The notes under the pieces are model-generated. The model saw nothing but the letters and a program-made list of their open reading frames with translations, was not told the origin of the DNA and did no database searches. A stretch of DNA of 63,512 nucleotides, filler included. It is 15 parts of 15 records of this genome, joined end to end, with 100 filler letters (N's around TTAATTAATTAA, not from the genome) between each part and the next. Parts side by side here need not be neighbours in the genome. Positions count along the whole stretch, not along the records: positions 23,434 to 30,575 come from SRR7504441_19662; positions 30,676 to 34,048 come from SRR7504441_19663; positions 34,149 to 38,184 come from SRR7504441_19669; 12 more parts are not named here. One strand, given 5' to 3'. Made by a program: the position numbers and the translations under genes. Positions 23,434 through 35,641 of the stretch are shown here, one piece after another; within the stretch, counting starts at the first letter, position 1; every line of letters starts with the position of its first letter.

Positions 23434-26400
23434 CTCGTCCTTTTGGAACACATCCGGCACGCCGTCGCCGTCTTTGTCGACAAGGATGTCAGGCACCCCG
23501 TCGCCGTTCTTGTCGTGTCCCATAACAAGATAGTCAACCACGCCGTCGCCGTCAAAGTCGATTGGTACAGCTGCATTCTTGAGCATATTTGAGACGCGCA
23601 AAGAATCGCATTCGGCCCGTTTCCGGATGTTTAATTTTCCTTTTGGAGAGAGCATCCCATCGTTGTTGTCCAAAAATGCAGTCGTGTCCATTGAAGCAGG
23701 ATACATGTGAACGACTGTCGTGTTTTTGCCCACAAACTGGGGTAAGTTGATGGGCCGTTCGACACATTCGAACTCTACATGGGAACCATCAGGCAACACA
23801 CCTGATTCTTGATAATACACACAGCCATCTTCCGCTCGAGCTAGTCTGTTATATTTGATGTCTCGCTGCTTATAAATGCCGCCAGTGTCGCCGGCGAGCT
23901 CTGCGGTGAGCTCGAGGTTGAAATAACTGCCATTCATCTCATTTGGCTTCATGCCATACATCCCTGCAAACACTCGATTGCAATAGGCAATCTTGTTTTG
24001 TCCGGTGCGACAATAGACGGGGAAAGGCATTGAGTATACGATGTCACGGACGCCCTCCCTCTCGTTCTTACTTTCGACCTCAGACTGCAATTTGACGGCG
24101 TCACTGGGGCGGATTCCAGAATAAAGCACTTCAGAGGTCACCTCGTGATCCAATGCCCACTTGTCTGCCAGAAGGATGCCATCCTTGTTGTGGATCTTCG
24201 TCATTCTGTGGCAGAGCACCTCGTAAAGTGACTCCACCACAGATGCTTCGTTCTTGTCCACATCGAGCTGATCTTGCCAAAATAGAGCAAACATGTCCAG
24301 CAGAATACCCACAAAGATGTTGATCATCAGTAGCGCTTGCATAAAGTTGTAAACCAGGAAGTAAAGCCTCACCCACTTCGAGCCAGTGCACTCTGCGTAG
24401 CCATTTACGGTCACATGCCAGTTGTTCTGTATCATGAGCATGAAGAGCGTGACGTAAGCTGCCCACATATTGTCGAAACTAAGATTGTAATAATATTGTG
24501 CCTGACCAAATATTGTACTCGACCAAGGCTCGGTTGACCAGTCGCCAGGCCCGCCGTCCTCGGTCACTTCAGAGACGCAGCCGGCCAAAAATGTCATTCC
24601 AATGATCGCAAACACATAATATGAGATGAAGAACAGCACGAGCTGGGGTATTATCGCCGGGATCACACGCGTCGTAGCGTTGAACATAATTCTGAACGTC
24701 TTGATATGCATAATCACTCTGACCAATCTCATCACGCGAAGAGCGCTCACCCCCGACGTCAAGTCCACTGACCCACCAGCAAGGCACAAGTTAACAAAAT
24801 CAATCCACATCATTGAAACCACTGCGATATCCAGCCAGTTGTAGTAGAAACCGGACTGATTCGCTTGCTTGGACCAAAAGTAAATCCATGGTTCATTGGT
24901 TGTTGCTTGACCAAGAGCCGAAACTACAACATCAGTTGAGAAGTAAACTGTGAACATCATAGCTACTGCATGCTCCGTATCACCGCATTGCTGGTTTAAT
25001 ATGTCAGATTGGTACTTCTTGTCTGGGAAAACAAATAAAGCCAGTCCGATGTTTGCAATGATTAACATATTAGTCACGAACTTGTACCTGATATGTGTGA
25101 GAATGAACGTGAGATACTTATTCAGCCCGAGGGGAGGCACGTTCAATGTGATTGGGCACGGGAATTGGCCTGAGGACACTCGGAACTTTTCAGAGACACA
25201 TTGATCATAGATTGGTTCCTCGGCAGGCTCGCTTTCTTCGAGTTCTACATCTCCCACAGATGCCCCTTGCGGCACCATTTCAACCTCAGACTTGCTCTCC
25301 AGGACATCAGCGATGGGATTCCTCTCTTTGATGGTGGCATCGTCATCCGCCTGAGGTACATCTCTATTTCGCTTTTGGGACCAGAATGCACATAAGTCAT
25401 AGACCGAGCCTTCCAGCAAGATATGCATCATGCCAAACAAGGGCTCCGGCCGACATAGTTTGTCCTGTGAGCGCCCAGATCAACGCGCCATCAGCTGTTT
25501 GGATACCTTGGGGTGGATTGGGGCCAGCGCAATGTGATGCAACTGCGCAAATGAGGATTCAGAGTTACGATGCCAGGAACTACAGGCGTACCTTCTCATA
25601 CTCTTCGAGGCTGATACACCCATCATTGTTCACATCCATCAAGCAGTACCACAGCTCCCCTTTGTCGTCGGCATCACGGACCAGCCCGCCTAAAGAGCCT
25701 TCCATGAGCGTAAAATACTGTGTCATAATCTGCACAGATGTGATGAACACTGCCTTTGAGATGCCCTTCTCCTTCTCCAAGGCGCCAAACTGGTCTTCGA
25801 ATTCCATGTCAAGAGCATCACCAGATTGCACGCCCTTGAGCACTGTGCTATCAATGTGCCCGTGCATCAGTATGAAGAAAGAAGTCCGGAGCAGTGCCTC
25901 CGACTTCATGTTCGAGGCTACGATGTACCCTTGGACTAAGTTGCCATACTCTGCAGTTACCACAGCCAGAAACACGTTGAGCAGGAAAACATTCAGAACC
26001 AGCATGAACGAGATCAAGATCACCATCGCGTACCAGTGTGCGTTGTAATTGTACATCCACACCTGCTGCCACTCAGCCCATCCGGCTGGGCACTCACATC
26101 CGGATGATTTGCGGTGGTCATCGCAACGTACATGTTGAATAGTGCATCACCGGTTGAATTGAAATAGGTCTCAATTTGCCGCAGTTCGTACGGGTCCACT
26201 GGGCCCGGACCCGTGTCGTTGATCACCGGCAGCGCCGCCTGCGGCACCACTCAGCTAGGCTACATTGGGGCTGTGCACCTCGAATAGAAAGTAGTGCAAT
26301 AGGAAGAAGACAGCCATTAGTCCGAGAATGCTCCCGAGCTTGCGGGCCAGGTAGAAGGCCGAGATCACGGCGTACCGCATGCTGTGCGAGAAGTAGAGTA

Positions 26401-27216
26401 GGTAAACGCACCGGAGCACACGTACCCCTACGTCCACTCCACTGTAAATTGTGCCATACACAGTGTTCCTCTTGTAATGTAATACAAGGTCATCGTTTTT
26501 CCAAGGGGTGCCCTTAGTCTCGATCAGCCAAGAAAACTTGAATGTGATCGATATGAGCAGGCAGACCCCAAACAGGATAGTCCAGTTCTGCTCGGACGGC
26601 CGGATCGCTTGCCATTCCAGCTCGGCATCTGAGCACAACTCGTGATCGGTCTGGTACCAGTGCTTGCGCGTGGGCCAGATGCACCGGAGCACCAGCAGGA
26701 ACACCACCATGAACACGCTGTGCGTCAGGAAGAACACGATCTGACTCACCCGCTCGCACGCCTGTCTGTCTGCGCCAAACAGCCGCTCGTCCAGAGGCTG
26801 CTCGAGCACCGCGCAGAGCATCGAGAGCACCGAGAGCGAGATGAGCAGCAGCTTAGTCCGTGGCCGGTTGAGGAAGAGCCCGAACTTGACGCACCAGGGC
26901 TCTTTGCTCCAGATAGTACGGAGGTAGGGGAAGTGGCCGATCCGGACCACGTAGTAGCATCCCATCGTGTTGAGGCAGGCGTCCCGCACCATGGTCTGGA
27001 CGAGCAGCAAATCCTTCGGTTCCACATGTTCCACCAACGACCGCTTCGATCGGGTCTCCCGCTGCCCCGCTGGGCTGGCGCATTTCTGCGGCTCGCCTGC
27101 CAGATTCCCCCGTTGGCCACTGCTGGCCGCCGACACCCACCGGGGACCGGTGACACGTCGCCCATCGTCGGCAGCGCCTCGTCCTCGTCCTTGGGGTCGA
27201 GGGCATGCTCGTCCAT
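23434..27216 (-). CDS. Two-pore channel with EF-hand linker, C-terminal PAS-like domain and DxDGDG repeats (3' truncated, ~5 introns)
   Basis: Pore I AMTTANHPDV, pore II LMIQNNWHV, S4 LRVMRLVRVI, EF-hand DVNNDGCISLEEY, PAS-like MPFPVYCR...IAYCNRVFAGMYG. Confidence 0.9.
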
Positions 27217-27349
27217 GCTGCGGTCCGCGCGGCCTCCCGCCGGCCGCGTGCTGTCCAGCAGACCCGCCCTGCCGCCCCTGCGATGCGACGCGAACAGAGC
27301 GATTTGGCGAGTTCCAACGGAACACGAATCCGCGCGGTGAGGACGCCAC

Positions 27350-30021
27350 ATGGAACTGCCGGCGGCCTGCTACTCCCGTGCGAGCCTGGTCGAGTCATGC
27401 GCGTCCCCGGACAAGCTGGCGGCCACCCTGCTGGCCATGGACCCCGACCCGGGTCCGCTGCACTCCAGTCCGCGCCGGTCGCCAGCGCCCGCCGGGCTTT
27501 GGGAGCTCCCCCTGGTCGAGCGGTGTGTGCAGCCAGGGGCCCACTGAGCCGCCTGCCTGCAGGCGCCGGTACAGGATGCCCGTGCGCCGCCTGGCGACCA
27601 GCCCGCCCCGCGCCCTCCCAAAGCCGGCCGCGGCGGATGGCAGCGGGTCGCCAGGCCCCAGTCCTCCCGAGCCCTCCACCGAGCAGCGCGCCGCCGAGGA
27701 GGGCTTGGCCGAGGCGCCGGGGCAGAGCGAAGCGGTGGCTCAGGCGGAGGCGCAGCTGCTGGAGGCGCTGAGCACCGGGGACGAGGCCGTGATCGGCGCG
27801 GCGGAGGCGACTTTCAAGGCGGCCGGACGGGCGGCCAGAGCCGGCGGGCCGGAGCCGGCGAGTACTGCGAATCGACTCAAATGGAGGCAAGCGGACGAGG
27901 CGCAGCGGCAGCTGGAGGCCGCGCAGAGCGAGGCGGCTGAGCTGAGGCAGCGGCTAGAGGCGTCTGAGAGACTAGTGGCTGAGCTGCGCAGAGGTAAATC
28001 CGTGCCGGCCGGGCGGGGGAGCTCACCGAGTGCGACAGAGCTGGCCGAGGGTGGCAAGGCGGGCGGCCCGCGGGCAGGCGGGCTGCAGGAGGCCGAGCGG
28101 CGGTATGAGTCGCTGCTCGGTCAAGTGCAAGCGCTTAGCCAAGACCCGGCTGCCAATAGCCCGGAGGAGCGGGAGAGGTTGACGGCTCTGCTGATTGCGG
28201 CGGACGAGGAGGTCAAGCGGTGCCGGGGCCTGGAGACGGGGGGGCATCCGGCTGGGTCCGAGCTGCGGTGCTCGCAGAAGGAGGTTTGTCGGCTCGAAAC
28301 CGAGCTTGCCGGGCTGAAGCCTCTTCGGTTGGAACATCTGAAGCAATTGCTCAAGAATGTGAGTCGGAGCCGGCGGGGGGGCGTGAACGGAGCGGCAGGT
28401 GTTGTCTAAGAAGATGATGAGGAAGCGTGTGTCGGTGATGGCCAAAATGCTGCGAGAGGCGCGGGTCGAATGTGCGGCCCGCCGCTGGAAAATGCTGAGC
28501 GTGTGGAAGGGGCGGTTTCTATCAAGACCTCGCACAATGTGATGATAGAGTTCGCCGAGACCGAGAAGGCGTACCTGGACACGCTGCACGTGCTGCAGGA
28601 CGTCTTCTTCCCGGCGATGGCTGGCTTTTCGGACCAGCTTGACAGCGGGCAGCACATGCATCAGGCGTTTGGCAGGATCAGCGTGGCGCTCGCAGAGCTG
28701 TACCAAGGGCACGCTGCGCTGGCGGGGGAGCTGCACGACATCGCGTTCCTGCGGACAGGCGCCGATGCGAGCATTGCGGAGATCGTGCACAAGCTGGACA
28801 GGATGATCAGGGGCAGCTACGGGCACTACCTCATCCACCTCGACAAGGTGCGCTGCCTGCGCGGCCGGGAAGTGAGCTCGGGTTGCTCAGGTGATACAGA
28901 GCATCGGGTCGCTCCAGCAGCGGAGCCCGGAGTTTGCCGAGGCCATCAAAACTGCCATATTCAGCAACACCAAGAAGGGCCGGGGGCTCGGGGTGCAGTC
29001 CTTCCTGTGTGCCCCGGTGCGGAGGATGGCTGGTTACATTACTCTAGTCGAGCGGCTCTCTCATGTAACCGACTCAGAGCATTTGCTGCACCAGGAGCGG
29101 CTAGCTTCTCTGGCAGAGCTCCAGGCCGGGGCCCAGTACTGCGACCTAAGAGTGGGCTGGTACTATCAAGTGCAGAAGCTGATAGAGCGGTGCGAGCCGT
29201 CGCACTGGGCACAGCTGGAGCCTCTGTTGGTGTATGGGCAGCGGATCTGGAAGGAAGGCGAGCTGCTGCTGCTGGCCGACGGCGTGGCTACCCCGCACGA
29301 GTGCTGGCTGCTCACAGGGTTCTTGGTGATTGCGCGGGGTGGCGCAGACGGCTTGACCGCTGAGGTAATTGATCTGGAGGGGTGCGAGTGCTCTGGCTCT
29401 GAAGGCCCCGAGTTTGTCTTGAAGCATCCTCGCCAGCAGCTCCAGTTCCGGCATGCTACTCAGGAAGGCAGTGTGGAGTGGGTCGAGGCAATCGGAGAGG
29501 CCCAGACCCAGGCCGGCGACCAAATCGAGTCAATCCCACAAAAGCCACCAAATACAGCCTCGGCTGAGGTGGCGGCACCAGCTGCCGAGGAGGCGGCTGC
29601 TGCGTCTGTGTCGCCAGCTAGCGAGGAGGCGGCTGCGACAGCAACGACTGAGGAGTCAGTTCAGTTCAGTTCATACCTGTCCGCCTCACTAGCAGTGACG
29701 CCAGCTCAGGAGAAGGCTGTTGCTGAGTCGGGGGCTGCATCCGAGGGTGCAGCAGCGGCGGAAGGCGCAATCGAGGTGCAGGAGAGCCAGAAGCCCGGGC
29801 TAGACCGGGGGCTGGACTTGGAGAAGATGTCGTTCATGGCGCTGAAGAAGCACCTGATCAAGTGCGGCGTGCCCAGGCAAGAGGCGGATAAACACTTTGG
29901 GAAGGAAGCGCTGCTTGAGCTTGCGCGCGAGCGGGGGATTGGTTCCCCGGATCAAGCACACGACCTACCGGACGGCCTGAGCCCCAAAGCGAGACGGCCC
30001 ACCAAAGGGGTTGACATTTAA
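27350..30021 (+). CDS. Rho GEF (DH-PH) with coiled coil, 3 introns
   Basis: HNVMIEFAETEKAYLDTL, VQSFLCAPVRRMAGYITLVERL, PH-like IWKEGELL...SVEWVEAI. Confidence 0.85.
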
Positions 30022-30315
30022 ATGTTCATTCATTTAAGCGGATTTACATCTTTGCCAACTCGCTAGCAATTCCGTATTAGACCACCTACGGTCACCAGTA
30101 CTTAGGTTGACCATCAGTCCGGATGGTCTCGCACTATCGCATCGTCCTACATCGTCCGCCCGGTACACACACCCTTAGCATTGGGGTTTGAACACAGCTT
30201 CGTATAGAGAGGGCTACAATGTGCTGCACATGCATGAATCATGAGGAAGCACCATGAAATTTCACGCACCCTGAACGTTCTCTAAACCGACAATCCCCTG
30301 GCGGGAAGCGGAAAC

Positions 30316-30575
30316 ATGGCGTCTGCCTTGATAAGCTGGTGGGCCGACTCGTGGCAGTTGAAAGTTGCCGCCGGAGCTGCCCTCATCGCCGTGGCCGAGT
30401 GCTGGCGCCGGCGGTCACGCAGGACGCTGACCGGAGTCGTCTGCCTCTCCCACGGCGGCCAGCTCCTCGGCGAGTCCCGCGGGGGTGTGCGCGAGTACCG
30501 GAACCTACCCTACGCTGAGGACCCTGTTGGGCCGCTTCGTTTTGCCCCGCCCCAGCCGAAAGCGGCGTGGCCAGG
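30316..30575 (+). CDS. Type-B carboxylesterase N-terminus (truncated)
   Basis: GVREYRNLPYAEDPVGPLRFAPPQP. Confidence 0.85.
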
Positions 30576-30675
30576 NNNNNNNNNNNNNNNNNNNNNNNNN
30601 NNNNNNNNNNNNNNNNNNNTTAATTAATTAANNNNNNNNNNNNNNNNNNNNNNNNNNNNNNNNNNNNNNNNNNNN

Positions 30676-30703
30676 GTGAGTGAGTGAGTGAGTGAGTGAG
30701 TGA
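30676..30703 (+). repeat. (GTGA)n microsatellite at contig edge
   Basis: About 7 GTGA units. A (TTAG)n tract also lies at ~10045-10062. Confidence 0.9.
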
Positions 30704-30857
30704 ATAGAATTAATGTGTGCACAATCTCCACACAAAGTAACTGTTTAAGATTACTCGTTATCGGTTCAATTAATCTCGTCAATCACGTCAACCGGTCACG
30801 CGCCTTGCGCTTTAATTTGATTTGCCAATATCTATCATTAATAATATCTATCATATA

Positions 30858-32861
30858 TCACATGGCTTGGGCCAGACTGCGTTGCACCTTGGCCACCAGC
30901 CCGGCCTCCTCAAACTCGGTCTCGACCATCTCTGTATATTCCTCAAACGTGCCCTCAAACACGGCCACAGTCCCCGGCACCCCCGGCTCAGGCCCGGGTC
31001 GGACCACCCACAGCTCATCGCACACCATCTCGATCAATCGCTCGTCGTGACTCACGAGAATCAGCCCACCTTCAAACGAATTGAGCGCCATCGCCAGCGC
31101 CTCGATGGTCTCAATATCCAGATGGTTGGTAGGCTCGTCCATCAGCAAGATGTGTGGCCCGCGGAACGCGAGTTCGGCAAATGCCAGCCGCGACTTTTGG
31201 CCTCCACTCAGGGTTCGGACCGGCTGCAGTGCCAGGTCTCCCGACAACCCGAACCGGCCGAGAAACTTGCGAGCTTCTTCGATACTAATCTCGGCGTGAT
31301 GACCGAGCCTGGCCACGTCGCCTTGAAGGATGTTGCGCATGTGCTCGACTGCATTACCGTCCAAGTCCATCATATCTACGTGGTGCTGAGTGAATCGAGC
31401 CAGCTGCAGCTTGGGGTGCCTCGAGATGTGACCCTCCGTCGCGATGATCTCTCCGTCTAGCAGCTTCAGGAACGTCGATTTACCGGCGCCGTTCGGACCA
31501 ATCACCGCGATGCGCGAGTCGCAGTCGACACCCAGGTCCAGGTGCTCGTAGAGCGTCTTGCCCGGAACATAACCGAACGATACGTCACTCACGCTCACAC
31601 AGGGAGGAGGAAGCTGCCCGGCGCATGGGAAGTCCAGACGAAGGTAAGGGTCGTCAAAGTCGACCTGAGGCCGAGGCTGGGGCAGTGCCAGGCCTGAAAG
31701 GCACCTCGCAAGGCTCGGTCTGGAGCTTTTCGAGCATTTTCATCCGGGATTTCGCCTGCTTGGCCATTCGCTTGTTCCCGCCACCAAACCTGGCGATGTA
31801 CTGCTTGAGCTTTCCCTCGCGCATCGACCGATTAGCCATGGACGACTTCTGGTTGGCTCGGTGCTCGGCCCTCACCTTGAGAAAGGTGTCGTAGTTGCCG
31901 CCGTAGTAATACAGCCGCTTGTTATGGACGAAGATGGTTTGGCGGGTCGCCTGCCCCGAGCTGAGCCGCTGCTCGCCGCGGCCATGCCTTGTTCAGAAAG
32001 CCGCGGTCGTGCGAGACGATCACCACGGTCTTCTCCCACGAGTCCAGGAAGGCTTGCAGCCAGGTGAGCGCGTGCACGTCCAAATGGTTCGTCGGTTCAT
32101 CGAGCAGTAACAAATCTGGCTGCACGAACAGCGCCATCGCGAGACTCACGCGCATCCGCCAGCCACCAGAGAAGCCCTGCCACCCAGAGTGAGCAGCTGC
32201 CGGCAGGCGGGCGCACCTTGGTAGGGAGCTGCTGCATCTCGGTGTCGAATCCCAGACCGGAGAGCAGCCGCGCCGCGTGTACTACGGCGTTATCCGAATC
32301 CATCTCTTCGAGTCGCTCGTAAACCTCCTGCAGACCGACCCCGTCCACCTCCTCCGGCGGCTCCTCCCCGTTCGGGCCTTCCTCGTTCATGATCCTCTCC
32401 AGCCGCAGCAGGTACTCCCGCTCTCTGTCAGCTTGCAGAACGCTCTCTAGCGCCGACCGGTCGTCGCCATCGCATTCCTGCTCCACGTGCACCATGTTAA
32501 TAAACCCGGGCAGCTGGATCTCTCCGCTGGCCAGGGCCCGGAGCAGCGAGGTCTTGCCCACCCCGTTGCGCCCGACCAGACCGTACTTGCCTCCGTATAT
32601 GATGCGCAGGTGGGCCAGATGCAATAGCGGGGTCCCGCCAGCGTACAGCTCGATGTTGGGGATGTCTATCGTCATGTCCGCCACCATCCGCTTCTGGGCG
32701 CCATCGCCCGTCCGTTGGAAGAAGCCCAGCTCGCCCCCGTCCAGCACCACGGGCGCCGCCTCCTCCTCCGCCGGGGCTGCCGGCTCGCCCGCGGTCTTGG
32801 CAGCCTTCTTGGCAGCCGCGGCCGCGGCTGCGGCCTTCTTGTCCTTCTTCTTGTTGCCCAT
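30858..32861 (-). CDS. ABC-F family translation factor, 3 introns
   Basis: Two ABC domains and no [46 protein letters not shown]. Introns 32216-32177, 31987-31951 (GC-AG), 31704-31665. Confidence 0.95.
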
Positions 32862-32991
32862 ACACCGAGCTGGGCCTCCCAACCAGCCTGATGCGAGGAG
32901 ACCCGGAGGCAACGTCGCGTCCGTTGTCCTCACTGGCAGCCTGACTGGCATGCATTGCCAGTTGGGCGCGCCTGGGAGAGGGCCGCGGGCG

Positions 32992-34048
32992 ATGAGCAGT
33001 CCGGGCGACGAGAGCCCAGCGGCCCGGATGAGCAGTCCGTTGTCGGTGGGCAGCCCTGACCTGGACGACCTGGCGCTGCTGCTCGGCCGAGATTCGTTCG
33101 ACCTCCCCGCCCAGGCACCCCGCCGCGACCCACTGGGCGCCAGCCGGCCGGGCAGGAGCCGGAGGAGGGCGGGCCGCTGGCGCGCGTGGACGGGATCCGG
33201 GCCCAGCTCCAACGGAAGTGCGATGGGATCAGTCGACAGCTCGAGGCGAGCCAGGACGAGAGGGACGGGCTGGAGGCTCAGATAGGGATGGGTGCGGCCG
33301 TCGCGGGCGGCGGCTGCTGACTGCGGGGCCAGTGGACGGGGTGATGCGCGAGCTGATGGAGTCGGCGCTGCCCGACCTGGACCAGCTGGAGCGGTGCGCA
33401 GCCGCCGCGGAGCTGCAGCAGGCTGCGCTCGAGTCGCGGGCTGAGGCTGAGCGGCTGGCGCGGGAGCAGGCGGACAGCCGGCATCGGATACAGGTGCGCG
33501 AGCTGGAGGGGGAGCAGAGCGCGATGCTCCAACGGATAGACGCGCTGGTGGCGCAGGCGGAGCAGGATAGAGCGCAGTGGACGGAGGATAAGGCAGCGGC
33601 AGAGGAGCTTGGAGAGTCGGAGCGAGAGCGGGCGCGGCTGGAGAGAGAGGTGGAGCGGCTAAGTGTCGAGGGGAGTGCAGAGGCAGCGGCAGTCAAGGCG
33701 AGCGAGGCTCGAGCAGAGGAGCTGGCGCAGGCGCTTAGGGAAGCGCAGGGTCGGTTAGAGGAGGAGGCGATGACGGTTTGCTCACGAGACGATCGACTGA
33801 CTGCGCTGGAGAAGCAAGTGTACACGGAGCGTGTGGAGCGGCAGGACATGCAGCGCGTGATGGAAGGGGCCGTGGCTCGACTGGAGGCTGAAAAAGGGGA
33901 GCTGGAGGGGTCGAAGCTGGTACTGGAAGGCCAAGTGAAGCAGGCGGCGGAGGCAGCTAAGGCAGCAAGGGAGGCGCACGCAGCTAATCAGCGAGGACTG
34001 AAGGAGGAGCTCGGTCGGAAGGGGGAGCAGGTCAGTGCGCTGGAGGGT
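32992..34048 (+). CDS. Coiled-coil protein (3' truncated), first intron GC-AG 33115-33155
   Basis: MSSPGDESP...DLPAQ|EPEEGG...GMV|DGVMRELME and a long E/A/R/L heptad region. Confidence 0.7.
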
Positions 34049-34148
34049 NNNNNNNNNNNNNNNNNNNNNNNNNNNNNNNNNNNNNNNNNNNNTTAATTAA
34101 TTAANNNNNNNNNNNNNNNNNNNNNNNNNNNNNNNNNNNNNNNNNNNN

Positions 34149-34549
34149 ACGGGCCGGCAACGGACCCGCAGGCGCATGAAGTGCTCGAGCTGTGTGCGGC
34201 GGCGCTGGCCCAAGTTGGACCTGCTCAAGTGGCCGAGCCAAGCCTCGAGGAGGACGAGAGCAGCAAAGCATCACGCGCAGCAACGTATTACGGCCAGATC
34301 TCCAACGAGTCGCAGCCTGGAGTCGAGGCGGAGACAGCCGGGGCCGGGGCTGAGCAGGCTGGGGAGCCTTGGCCGGGCCTGCTGGAGCTCAAGAGCTCGG
34401 TCTCCTTCTACCTCGGCCCGGGCAGCTCGCGCAGGGTGCAGGCGGTGGCAGAGGTGCACGAGGATGAACCGACCGACCAACCAGGGCTGATCCTGCCCTG
34501 CGTCGGGTCCACTGTCTTGATTCAGAATGCAACTTCAGCACGCCGGTGA
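34149..34549 (+). CDS. 3' end of a hypothetical gene
   Basis: GC-rich open frame to TGA at 34549, then AT-rich spacer. Confidence 0.4.
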
Positions 34550-34858
34550 ACCGCAACGGCCAAACTCCGTTCAGTGTACAAGTAACTGTCACGGATTTGA
34601 TGCTGCTCCGCACTATCGAGGTTGTGTCTTCTTTATATATATATACCAAGACCTTCTCTTGTTGTATTCAACATCTTGTGTACAAGTATGCAATCAGTAT
34701 AAAATCATGTAGGCCTAAAATTATCTATACGAGTAAGTATACGGCAGTATGAGCACTATGCTGTAGTGGCCATAGAATGCCATCAATCGTTCGTCTATTT
34801 TCACGGCGTCCGTTCGCTGAGCCTTTGGTCAGCTTGTCATAGATCCGCGTGCCTCGGC

Positions 34859-35550
34859 CTACCGCTGGCAGTCCTTGTCGGTATCGCACTTGGGTGGCAG
34901 CTCCTCCTTGCACACGTAGGGCTTCTTCTTTGTGGAGTCGTTCATGCAAAAAGAGCTGTACCACGGCGTGCTGCAGTCCTTGTCGGTCTCGCAGCTGGTC
35001 GGGAGCGGCGGGCAGTGGCAGTAGTACGGCTTGCTCTTAGTCGGGTCGTTCTGCGGGCGGTTCAGCGGCTGGCCGGGTTGCATGGCGCACCATGCAGTAG
35101 ACGTCGGTCTCGGTCCGATTGAACTTGAACATCCCGGAGCCGACGCCCCAGGTGCTCACTTCCACTTTGATCTTGTTGAGCCCGGTGCAGTACTTGATGT
35201 TGGAGCCGTCACGGCAGAGCGTCTGGACCTGCTTGCTCTTCTTCACGTTGAACCTGCCGCCCGCTCCCAGGGCCCGGGCCCGGCACGCACTGGTCGGGGC
35301 AGGCGCCGGAGTCTGTGACCCCGGACATCTTGGCGCAGTAGCTGAAGTAGCACGAGAACGGGAAGTCTGCCTGGAAGCACTGGTTGTCGGCCGTGTCCAC
35401 ATGGTGGTATGTCCGCTCGAATCCGCCCCAGCCCGCGGCTTGCGGGGCCAAGGGCACTTGTTTGGCGATGGGGGCGAAGGGCAGGCCGCCCCAGGAGGGC
35501 AGGGCAGCCGCCAGGCAGGGCAGGAGCAGGAGCAGAGAGTTTGTAGACAT
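34859..35550 (-). CDS. Secreted cysteine-rich repeat protein, at least 2 introns; 3' end uncertain
   Basis: Signal peptide MSTNSLLLLLPCLAAA; repeats CMND(P/S)TKxKPYxC...CxTDKDC. Confidence 0.75.
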
Positions 35551-35641
35551 GTGTGTTGCCGGTTCAGCGGGGGAGCAAAATTGTAACTTCGAATAAAAAA
35601 GAGCCGTTTCCGTTACAGCATTTTGCCCTCGCACTTCTCCA
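35551..35641. promoter_or_regulatory. 91-bp bidirectional promoter with inverted repeat
   Basis: GCAAAATTGTAAC (35575-35587) and GTTACAGCATTTTGC (35612-35626) are reverse complements apart from a 2-nt gap. Confidence 0.6.

Noticed and set aside
31665-31704. 11-nt match between this ABC-F intron and exon 31226-31236
   Set aside because: One 11-mer about 450 bp away is plausible by chance across ~80 introns.
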